Of a stretch of 64,000 nt of DNA, positions 56,554 through 64,000 are shown one piece after another (the stretch's first letter is position 1; each line of letters starts with the position of its first letter). Under the pieces are notes generated by a model. The model made no database searches, had not been told where the DNA came from, and worked only from the letters and a program-made list of their open reading frames with translations. The stretch comes from a virus. The stretch lies in IMG/VR virus record IMGVR_UViG_3300034019_001677, positions 4,047-68,046 of that record, one strand, 5' to 3'. Made by a program: the position numbers and the translations under genes.

Positions 56554-57914
56554 TGGCCGGTGACGTGACGGTGGTAGGCGAACGGGTCGGGGGCGTTGGT
56601 TTCGGGATCGATGGGAGCAACGAAGGTGGCCGCGGCCACGGCAGCAACGGGCTGGTTTTGGGGCAGGTAGGCCACAAACCGCCGCTCTTTCAGCCAGCGG
56701 GCCAGATCGGGAAAACAGGGAGCAAAACCAGTGGTGGCAAGCTGCTGGTCTTGGGCTCGAAGCTCAGCAGCGTGCGCAACCACCAGGTGGTCGATGGTGT
56801 GGCCCTCGGCGAGGACAACAGCAAGCTCACGCTGGGCAGCGGGGAGAGACTGGCAGGTGGCGCGGCGGGGGCTGCACAGGTAGGCGGCGCTGAGCTGCTC
56901 GAACGCGGCAGAGGCTGCAGGGCCGGCGCGGAGCTGCTCACAACGGCGGCGGTAGCCGGTGTGGAGCGATTTGCAGCCGCTGGCCGCGGCGTGCTCAAGG
57001 AAAGGCTGCAGCACCCCCAGGGCATGGGCATGGAGGATGGCAGATCGATCGCCGGCACTGAGCTCTTTGGGCGCGGCTGGGTGCTTCTCGCGCCGGCGGT
57101 GCCACCACTCCACCAGCAGCTGGCGGTGGGGCTTGGCGCAATCAGGCAGGGCGCTGTCCTGAGCAGCGGCTGAGGCGATGGCTGAGGGCTGATCGTCGGC
57201 AGGGGAACAGCGGTCACTGCAAGCCAGGTCGGCATGTCGCTGGGGAGCGGCGTTCTGGTTTGAGGTTACCACGATCTGGCGATCTGTCACAAGCGCGTCA
57301 GCGGTTGTGACCTGGGGTGCGGAAGCGGAGTCGGTTACGACTCGTTGGGACATATTTATCTTTGAAGAAGTAGTTAACCCTTCTAAGATTTCTTCTTCTG
57401 TGTTTAAGGGTTTATTGATTGGGTCCCCCTGGGGGGGAGTCCCCCCTGGGGGGAGTGGTGCCCCTGGAGGGGACTCCCCCTGGGGGGAAGGGGTGGTCCC
57501 CCTGGGGGGCCTCCCCCCTGGGGGGAGGGGTGCTGTCGTCTTCCGTTCTGCTGCAACGGATTTCGGCCGTTGCCTTTTACGCTTGGTCTCCATCCGCACC
57601 CGGTAGACATTGGTGCCACGAGGACCGGTGCCCGCCAGGACGATCCATCCCTCTGCCAAAAGGGTGGAAACCGCTGCGCGAATGTCGCGTTCTTTCATCC
57701 CACACTCCAACGCAAGGCGCGGCACAGACGGGAATGCGTTATCACCCTGTCCAGCGTAAAACCAGAGCCAGGCATATACAAAGATCAGCCTTCTTCGTCC
57801 TATTTCTGCACAGCTGCTCAGTAATTCCAGCGGTATCTGAGCGAAACGAGGGCGGTATAGTTCAGCATTGGAAAGATCGCGTGGCATGGCAAGATCTGGT
57901 GTGGTTGAGTCCAC
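56550..57914 (-). CDS. Replication initiator (N-terminal wHTH, lambda-O-like layout)
   Basis: 'AFPSVPRLA.ECGM.ER.IR.AV..L...GWI...TNVY' wHTH, with internal iterons. Confidence 0.8.
   Translation of the reverse strand: MDSTTPDLAMPRDLSNAELYRPRFAQIPLELLSSCAEIGRRRLIFVYAWLWFYAGQGDNAFPSVPRLALECGMKERDIRAAVSTLLAEGWIVLAGTGPRGTNVYRVRMETKRKRQRPKSVAAERKTTAPLPPGGRPPRGTTPSPQGESPPGAPLPPGGTPPQGDPINKPLNTEEEILEGLTTSSKINMSQRVVTDSASAPQVTTADALVTDRQIVVTSNQNAAPQRHADLACSDRCSPADDQPSAIASAAAQDSALPDCAKPHRQLLVEWWHRRREKHPAAPKELSAGDRSAILHAHALGVLQPFLEHAAASGCKSLHTGYRRRCEQLRAGPAASAAFEQLSAAYLCSPRRATCQSLPAAQRELAVVLAEGHTIDHLVVAHAAELRAQDQQLATTGFAPCFPDLARWLKERRFVAYLPQNQPVAAVAAATFVAPIDPETNAPDPFAYHRHVTGQ
57350..57530. other. Putative replication origin: CCCCCTGGGGGG iteron-like repeats plus AT-rich tract
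   Basis: About six (C)nTG(G)n units at 57425-57530 next to AT-rich 57350-57420. Confidence 0.75.
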
Positions 57915-58306
57915 TCCCCTATGCCTGCAAAGTGCGGTTGATGCCGTAGAATGACCGCGGTGCGGCCATCAGATTCGCTGGGGAGCGTGACTGGTGGCCG
58001 CAGCCCGAGAGGGCAACATGGGCTCCGCCGATTTGGCGGAGCCTTTGTTGCGTTCGGGGAACCGGCCACTGAGCTTCAACCATAGCCGGTTCGGGATGTC
58101 GCCACCTGGGGCCGTTACCAATCTGCCGCCGCCCGTGACCTGGGCCAGCGACAGAGCACCTGTACGGCTGTCTCATTCTGGGCAAGGTTAGGAGTGGTGA
58201 GAGCTGCTAAAACGTGTTCGAGTTTGAAAATGCTCGTTTCCCGTCGCTAAGACGTGTGTTCGAGACCAGACCGGCTCGTTCTCTGTCTCCGCCTCCTCGG
58301 ATCGCC

Positions 58307-59245
58307 ATGGCCAAGAAGCAAAGCCAGAGCAACCTCCCGGTGGAGTCTCAGTTGCTGACGGGATCCGAGCAGCTGGGTTGGCTCACGGCAGAGGTCGATG
58401 GTCGTGAGCGGTTGCGCCAGCTGCTTCAGCAGTGGCAGAAGCGCAACGGCTGGAGCCTCGCGGTAATGTCCCGCCTGGCGGAGCTGTCGCTGCTGGCGAA
58501 CGCGAAGGTGCCGGTGCCCGATTGGATTGCCGGCATGCCGCTTCAACCCGGTGATCTGGTGAACCATCGGGGCCACTCCTGGGAGGCCGTTGGCAACCCG
58601 TTGACCGAGCCGGCCGAAGGCGCTGCGGGCTGGATTGATCGAGGCCTCACCAGCCGGTTGCATGCTTCCGGCCTTAACCTCTTCTTCCGCAATCAGAAAT
58701 CTTCGATCACGGTCTCTTTTCTGCTGGAGATGGGCCGGCTGAACGAGTGGATTGCCCGGGTGCAGGCCGGCAAAGCACAGCCGCCAGCTGAACAGCGCTT
58801 GTCTGAGCTGGTGATGGGGTCCACGGTGATCCGCGACAGCGAAGGCCCCCTGGGCCCTGAAGAGTTTCTCTCGATCGCTGGTAGTCGCCTCGAGCCGCCG
58901 CCATGGCCCGATCAACCAGCGGCCCCTGCCGATGTCGCCACTGTGCCGGCCCGCCAGCTGAGGGCCGCGGCCGCGGCCGCCGGGCTGGACATCATCGACG
59001 ACTGGGCCACCATTGCGGAGCTCTACCCCAGCGACGACCCAGAGCGGCTGAAGCGGCTGCAGAAGGTCCTCCAGGGCCTGGCTCAATGGGACGCCAAGCA
59101 GGAGGAGAATGAGCGAGTTGCAGCCCATGTGCTCCTCCAACGGCTCCAGCACACAGTCGACATGCGCGCGAAACAGGCTGCAGACCAGCAGGATGCAGAC
59201 GAACCGGCCGCGGCATCCGTGGTGATCCCAGCGGTGGTGCAGTAG
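58307..59245 (+). CDS. Divergently transcribed regulator-like protein (XRE-like helices with CBM5/12-like insert)
   Basis: Repressor position; 'LRQLLQQW..RNGWSL..MS.LA'; insert 'W....LQPGDLVNHRGHSWEA'. Confidence 0.55.
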   Translation: MAKKQSQSNLPVESQLLTGSEQLGWLTAEVDGRERLRQLLQQWQKRNGWSLAVMSRLAELSLLANAKVPVPDWIAGMPLQPGDLVNHRGHSWEAVGNPLTEPAEGAAGWIDRGLTSRLHASGLNLFFRNQKSSITVSFLLEMGRLNEWIARVQAGKAQPPAEQRLSELVMGSTVIRDSEGPLGPEEFLSIAGSRLEPPPWPDQPAAPADVATVPARQLRAAAAAAGLDIIDDWATIAELYPSDDPERLKRLQKVLQGLAQWDAKQEENERVAAHVLLQRLQHTVDMRAKQAADQQDADEPAAASVVIPAVVQ

Positions 59246-59246
59246 A

Positions 59247-59522
59247 TCAGCGGCGGCGCCAGCTGAACTGACGTTCGGACCACACAGGCTGGCACTGGAG
59301 TTCCTTGGTGGAGCAATTCGCCTGGGCAGGGGACAGCATGATCAGTCGCAGGCTGATGCAGCCGTGGATCTGGAGAAGCTGCTGGCGGTTCTGCCAAAGC
59401 AGATCCGCTGCTGCAGCGTGAAGAACTGTGACACGTAGTTCGCTTCCAAGTCTGGCCAGGGTCACCAGTGGCGGTGCGTCTGGAACTGGAACTGGGCCGT
59501 GGTCATTACCAGATCGGTTCAT
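59247..59522 (-). CDS. Small protein paralogous to the middle domain of the KilA-N protein
   Basis: Hand alignment with the 17396..18391 product. Confidence 0.6.
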   Translation of the reverse strand: MNRSGNDHGPVPVPDAPPLVTLARLGSELRVTVLHAAAADLLWQNRQQLLQIHGCISLRLIMLSPAQANCSTKELQCQPVWSERQFSWRRR

Positions 59523-59528
59523 CACGAG

Positions 59529-59544
59529 TAGGACATAGGTGCTA
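59529..59544. promoter_or_regulatory. LexA-box-like quasi-palindrome
   Basis: TAGGACATAGGTGCTA between divergent genes. Confidence 0.5.
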
Positions 59545-59610
59545 GGTTTCGCTCGTGCTTGGCCGAGCGTAGCCAGGCAGCTCCCCACCTCAACCAGAGC
59601 AACGCACCTG

Positions 59611-60594
59611 ATGGACGCTCTCCCGCCTTCTGGCCCGCCAGCGGAGCCGGCGCAGGAAGCGCCTGCACCGGCTGATCCGCTCACCCAGACGGTTCTTGAC
59701 ATTGCCGATCGTCTTGCCGCGCTGGAAGAACACACGGCCGTCAAGCACGAGGCGGTGCGCGAGGCCTTTGCTGGTCTCCGTGCTGAGCTGCGCAAAGGTC
59801 TGGACTCTCAAGGCAAGATTACGGATGACCCGGGCCGCCGGCTGGTGGGGTTTCTGGGCTATCAGCCCAGCACCCAGCAGCAGATTGAGCTGTTCACTGC
59901 CTACGCGGCCTGGCATGCCACCAATCCCAAGCTGGTAGAAAACCGCACGGCCGAGTACACAACAAAGAAAGGCCAGTTGGTGTCCTACGGCTATGCCGAT
60001 CTGGCTGGCGTGATCGCCACGGCTCAGACTGCAGCGCCGTTTGGTCTCTGTGCTTTCACCAGGCAGGAGTTTGACGATAACGGCCATCCCATCGTGACCG
60101 GCTACCTGGTGCACACCGGTGGTGGGGCAACCAGCACGGGCCCAGTTCCACTGTTCACGGCCGATAGCGACCGCCCGGGTCAGGCACATGCCAGTGGCCT
60201 CACAACCTGCCGGCGCCTGGCGCTGCAGATGGCCATCGGCCTGGCCGCTGAGCGCGAAGACGATTTCAACTCGAGCAATGAAACCTCAGCTGCCACCCGG
60301 GCAGCACCACGGTCAGCAGCACCGGCTCGCACCGTTGGGGAGCGACCGATTGCAAACCCACCGCGCCGTGTTGCAGACCCAGAACGAGATCAGCGCAACA
60401 CAGCTGCCACCACTCGGCCAGCGCCCGTCACGCGCCAGGGGCCCCCACCCGGCTGGCTGAGCAAGGAAGAGCGCGACGCGCTTGAGCAGGAGCTCATGGA
60501 TCCCGCCATCACCCCGCCGCGATTTGCTGAGATCGAGGAGAAGCTGCTCGCCGCCAAACAGTCGGTCAGCACCTCCGGAGGTGCTGGGCAATGA
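59611..60594 (+). CDS. ERF-family single-strand annealing protein
   Basis: 'Y.YADL..V...Q...L.H.GG...Q..ASG.T..RR.AL...GLA.E.EDD'. Confidence 0.85.
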   Translation: MDALPPSGPPAEPAQEAPAPADPLTQTVLDIADRLAALEEHTAVKHEAVREAFAGLRAELRKGLDSQGKITDDPGRRLVGFLGYQPSTQQQIELFTAYAAWHATNPKLVENRTAEYTTKKGQLVSYGYADLAGVIATAQTAAPFGLCAFTRQEFDDNGHPIVTGYLVHTGGGATSTGPVPLFTADSDRPGQAHASGLTTCRRLALQMAIGLAAEREDDFNSSNETSAATRAAPRSAAPARTVGERPIANPPRRVADPERDQRNTAATTRPAPVTRQGPPPGWLSKEERDALEQELMDPAITPPRFAEIEEKLLAAKQSVSTSGGAGQ

Positions 60595-60858
60595 ACCACT
60601 ACGGCCGCAGGGTGTCAGCACGCAGCCCATAGGGCTCTGTGCTGATGCTGCAGCACATGAGACGCGTGTGATGGCCTCCCAGGGGATGCCGGCCACTGAG
60701 CGGACGACTCGGTGGGGTCAAACCCAGCCTCTCCCCAGACACGGGCCCCGCCGCGGGATGTGGGTTCGCTCCAGGTCATGGGCCATCAAGCCCACATCAA
60801 GGTCATCAGCAGCATATTGCCCAGCAATCAATTCCCACTCCATTATTCCTGATTGATC

Positions 60859-61722
60859 ATGGCTGATTTTGAACCTCATTCTTTCGATGCTCCCACGAGT
60901 ATTCGCACTGAAGCCGACGCAGTGCACCAGCAGACTCTGCTTGGTGTAGAGCCGGTATGTCTTGATCCTGGCAAGATCTACGCGATCCGCACTTCTGATG
61001 GATTCAAGACGATTGATCTCACCACTGAGTCAATTCTTCAGGCTGCCGGGCAGCTGCGGTCTCGCCCTCTATCGCATTATGCCTTCCACAAAATTGAAAG
61101 CTTTGTTGCCTATGTGAAAAACGTTATGGGCACAGACTCTGCTCGCGATGGTGATGTGTTGTGCATTGCCGATGAAAGCACAAAGACCATACGGGTGATT
61201 TTTGACGCTCTAGATTACCAATGGGGTGACGTGTACACGGATCTGAAGCTCCAAACCAGCTCCGAGTGGCAACGCTGGATGAGTAACAGTGGCCGGTACA
61301 TCTCGCAGCAGGACTTTGCCGAGTTTTGCGAGCTCAACCTCAATTCTTTTGCTACTCCATCAGCTGCCACCATCCTGGAAATCGCCCAGACCTTCCAGGC
61401 CAAAAAAACCGTTGATTTTGCCAGTGCTGTTCGCCTCTCGAGTGGCGCCATCAAGCTGAAGCATGAGGAGAAGATTGAGGCCACCGCCGGAGAGCGCGCT
61501 GACATCACCATCCCCGAGGAACTGCGCCTGGGCCTGCCGATCTTCAAGTACGACAAACCCTATGCGGTGCGGGCCCGCCTGCGCTACCGGATCGTGGATG
61601 GTTCGGTGCGCCTTTCGGTGCTGCTGCTCGATCCAGAAATGGCACTTGAGCACATCTTCAAGGCAGTGGTCGACCAGGTGGCCGAGCAGTTGGAGATGCC
61701 TGTGTTCTACGGCAAGGTCTGA
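60859..61722 (+). CDS. DUF2303-family protein
   Basis: 'SSEW.RW......SQ..FAEF.E...F.SA.RL.SG...IPE...L.LPIF...ARLRYR'. Confidence 0.85.
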   Translation: MADFEPHSFDAPTSIRTEADAVHQQTLLGVEPVCLDPGKIYAIRTSDGFKTIDLTTESILQAAGQLRSRPLSHYAFHKIESFVAYVKNVMGTDSARDGDVLCIADESTKTIRVIFDALDYQWGDVYTDLKLQTSSEWQRWMSNSGRYISQQDFAEFCELNLNSFATPSAATILEIAQTFQAKKTVDFASAVRLSSGAIKLKHEEKIEATAGERADITIPEELRLGLPIFKYDKPYAVRARLRYRIVDGSVRLSVLLLDPEMALEHIFKAVVDQVAEQLEMPVFYGKV

Positions 61723-61772
61723 GGCCTTGCTTTTCATGTCCACCCCCTTTTTATCCATCCCCTTACAACCAC

Positions 61773-62174
61773 ATGACTAGCGATCCAAAAACCATCGACA
61801 GCGAAGAAGATCTTGAAGCTTCGCCCTTCGGGCAGTTTCTCTTCTCCCAGCGGGATGGCAAGACCCACACCGAGCTGTCACAGGCCATAGCCCAGGTGAG
61901 CGAGGCAGTGCTGGCCACCGGCGGCACTGGCACCATCACCCTGAAAATCACCGTGAGCCCCTTGGGGCACGAAAACCGTCTGGTGGTCAAAGACGACGTG
62001 GTGGTCAAGCCACCCAAACCGATCAGGGATTCGAGCATCTGGTTCTACAACGAAAGCCAGCGTGGCCTCAGCCGCAACAATCTCACCCAGGGCGAGCTGG
62101 ATCTGGCGGTGATCCCCATGCGCCCGCGAGCTGGTGCGGCCATTGCCGCCGATCGCAATAACACCGGCGCCTGA
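61773..62174 (+). CDS. Conserved DUF2303 partner protein
   Basis: 'G..H.ELS.....V..AV..TG..G.ITLKI.V.P...V.V..P...FY.....LSR..Q'. Confidence 0.75.
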   Translation: MTSDPKTIDSEEDLEASPFGQFLFSQRDGKTHTELSQAIAQVSEAVLATGGTGTITLKITVSPLGHENRLVVKDDVVVKPPKPIRDSSIWFYNESQRGLSRNNLTQGELDLAVIPMRPRAGAAIAADRNNTGA

Positions 62175-62208
62175 TCTGCATCATCACTTTCCCCACTGCA
62201 TTGCAGCC

Positions 62209-62703
62209 ATGGACTCCCCCAACGACCAAACCATCACCGGGTTCGCCTTGTTTGCCGATGGCAGCCTCCACCTGCAGCGTGGCTACGACCAGCAGCATTT
62301 TCAGCCCTGCCAGCCGGACCATCTGCTCTCCGACGACTTCAAGGCCCTGATCTGGGTCATCGAGGCCGCCCTGGGCGCCTGCCACAACGAGCTCCAGCAG
62401 ATCGAACCCTCCTCCATGGATTCGGTGTTGCGGGTGATAGCCCTTTGCAACAGTCACCGGGCGCCGGATCCATTCACCGGGGCCGTCATGACCTGGGTTC
62501 GTCCCCATCCCAACCGCTGCCACGACGATGCCCAGCCATCTGGAAGAGAGCTTTGCCAACCAATGGTTGGTCTCCTTCCCAGGTCTTCCCTTCGTCAGGG
62601 AACACACCTTGCCAGTGTGGAGCGACTGGGCGGTGTTCCAGAAGCAGGAGGGCCTGCGATCGCGTCTACCGCCCGCCTTCCGGGCGGACTTTGCCTGGCC
62701 TGA
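62209..62703 (+). CDS. Hypothetical protein (3' end uncertain)
   Basis: ATG 62209; overlaps the next gene by 176 bp. Confidence 0.4.
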   Translation: MDSPNDQTITGFALFADGSLHLQRGYDQQHFQPCQPDHLLSDDFKALIWVIEAALGACHNELQQIEPSSMDSVLRVIALCNSHRAPDPFTGAVMTWVRPHPNRCHDDAQPSGRELCQPMVGLLPRSSLRQGTHLASVERLGGVPEAGGPAIASTARLPGGLCLA

Positions 62704-63124
62704 TGCCATGGTCGCGGTCGAGATCAATGGTGGCCTGTGGCGCCCCGGCGGCCACTCCACCGGCAGCGGCATCACGCGCGACATCACGAAAACCACTCTC
62801 GCCCAGCTGTCCGGCTGGGTGCTCATCCCTCTTTCCGATGCTCACATCTTCGATGGCACCCCCTTCTGGCTCCAGCTCATCGCCGATCTCATCACCCACC
62901 GCAGAGATTTTCTACTCAGCCGAAACGCGCCAGGTGCTCCAGCTGGGGGGGGTGAACCTGCATCCTGCGGGGCACTGCCTGATGCCATGGATGATCCACG
63001 ACTCGGATCTTCACCCCAGCCTCCAGGCCGGCGCCGTCGCCGGGATGGAGCACAACGGGATCGAGTGGATCTCCGTGCAACACTCGGGCAACTACGGCAG
63101 CAGGCAGCTGCGCCTAGTCTATAA
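62528..63124 (+). CDS. Vsr/DUF559-like endonuclease
   Basis: 'LE..F...RE....FRADFAWP...VAVEINGG.W..GGH..G.G..RD..K...A...GW'. Confidence 0.8.
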   Translation: MPSHLEESFANQWLVSFPGLPFVREHTLPVWSDWAVFQKQEGLRSRLPPAFRADFAWPDAMVAVEINGGLWRPGGHSTGSGITRDITKTTLAQLSGWVLIPLSDAHIFDGTPFWLQLIADLITHRRDFLLSRNAPGAPAGGGEPASCGALPDAMDDPRLGSSPQPPGRRRRRDGAQRDRVDLRATLGQLRQQAAAPSL

Positions 63125-63557
63125 CGCTCGGGGAATCCTGCTCACGCCATGGGGCGGTTACATCCAACAGGAGGACAGCCTCAAGGAGCTGCACGTCAAT
63201 GACGGCGACTTTGTGTTGCATGCGCCGCTGCCGGGAATGACCATCCCTGTTGCTGGTCGCTACTTCCCGCCTGGTTCGTTGCAGATCATTGTGGATAAAT
63301 ACGAGCTGCAGATCACAAATCAGCACACTACGCTGCCCACTCCAGTGATGGTGGATTTGCTGCCTTGCAGCGGCTGGTGCAAGAAACAGCACATCTACAT
63401 CGACAACGGCATGACTGAACAAGCAGTGGTTTTCTTTGATAAAAACGGCTGGCCCATTGCCTGCCGCGAGAACTTTTTCAACGACGCAGACCGCAAAGCG
63501 GTGCGGTGGTGGCGGTACGACTACAGCCGGCCCCTGCCCAGCGGAGTGATGGTGTGA
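62952..63557 (+). CDS. Hypothetical protein
   Basis: 3' part of ORF 62445..63557; GTG start at 62952 is inferred. Confidence 0.5.
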   Translation: MNLHPAGHCLMPWMIHDSDLHPSLQAGAVAGMEHNGIEWISVQHSGNYGSRQLRLVYNARGILLTPWGGYIQQEDSLKELHVNDGDFVLHAPLPGMTIPVAGRYFPPGSLQIIVDKYELQITNQHTTLPTPVMVDLLPCSGWCKKQHIYIDNGMTEQAVVFFDKNGWPIACRENFFNDADRKAVRWWRYDYSRPLPSGVMV

Positions 63558-63808
63558 TGGCCACCGAGATCATCTATCGCACTGATGAGCCGGAATGGCA
63601 GGTTGAGCGCCAGCCGGCGGGAGTCACCGACCCCAGGGTGGTGCGCTTTCGCAAGGTCGGCAAGAACAGAACCTTGCTCGATCAGAACGCCCGCTGGACG
63701 CCCTTGGGATGGGACTGCAAACGCTGGGTGCCAAGCTCGCCGAAGGTGCCCCAGTGGCTGCTTGAGAAGGTTGTGCTCCACATGCAACTCCTGGTGCCCC
63801 AGCCATGA
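63557..63808 (+). CDS. Hypothetical protein
   Basis: ATG in a TGATG overlap. Confidence 0.55.
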   Translation: MATEIIYRTDEPEWQVERQPAGVTDPRVVRFRKVGKNRTLLDQNARWTPLGWDCKRWVPSSPKVPQWLLEKVVLHMQLLVPQP

Positions 63809-64000
63809 GCATTGCCCTCTGCTGCGAGCCAGGCTGTCAGCAAGCCCACGACAACTGGCCGGGCCCGGGCCCTACAGGACAGCTCTGCCAAGACCACTGG
63901 GAGGCCTATTGCGACCGCCAGTGGTGGGAGGCCTGCACCGCCATCGATGAGGCCGGCCTGATGGTTTGGCCAGGGCATTCCCCTGCTCCCAGACTGACAT
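63805..64000 (+). CDS. Hypothetical Cys/His-containing protein (runs off the right edge)
   Basis: ATGA overlap; MSIALCCEPGC...LCQDHW. Confidence 0.45.
   Translation, partial: MSIALCCEPGCQQAHDNWPGPGPTGQLCQDHWEAYCDRQWWEACTAIDEAGLMVWPGHSPAPRLT

Larger units (their letters stand above)
1..64000. mobile_element. Temperate siphovirus-like phage/prophage, probably of a picocyanobacterium; extends beyond both window edges
   Basis: Continuous terminase-portal-head-tail module plus integrase, replication initiator and ERF recombinase; no host housekeeping genes seen. Confidence 0.93.

Noticed and set aside
57420-57530. CRISPR array
   Set aside because: Short units without unique spacers, inside a CDS, and no cas genes. 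The tandem repeats at 11279, 22467 and 32625 are likewise in-frame coding repeats
60591-60856. Gene between ERF and DUF2303
   Set aside because: The ATG at 60591 stops after 13 codons and other frames lack convincing starts or motifs; possibly a decayed ORF
1-64000. tRNA, rRNA or lysis genes
   Set aside because: None recognisable by eye; the lysis cassette probably lies outside the window

Overview
The whole 64 kb window is one temperate, siphovirus-type phage or prophage. No host genes or attL/attR ends are visible. It is high-GC and probably infects a picocyanobacterium (Cyanobium/Synechococcus-like), judged from two nblA-like genes, a group-2-like sigma70 factor, cyanobacterial LexA-box-like sites and an XisF-like serine recombinase. 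The minus strand from about 50 kb to position 1 carries the late genes: terminases, DUF1073-type portal, MuF, DUF2213 protease/scaffold, DUF2184-type capsid, head-tail proteins, tail tube, chaperones with a GGGAAAG -1 frameshift, tape measure, tail tip and fibre. The 50-64 kb region holds early, replication and recombination genes. The most unusual feature is in the head module. Three large modular proteins there (ParB-like, zincin peptidase, LPD1-like and DnaJ modules) are punctuated by a repeated linker, 'DSxQxRIDAL-x3-C-x5-C-x3-C-x6-C', and R-x-D motifs recur in the portal, protease and capsid. I infer a capsid-loaded, protease-processed cargo polyprotein system with shufflable modules. Other notable points are a sigma-LexA-nblA-nblA cassette, an integrase/fibre island inside the head operon, a catalytic-less recombinase paralogue, a late-promoter motif at near-constant spacing, and an iteron origin. 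All family calls come from motif recognition by eye, not database searches.
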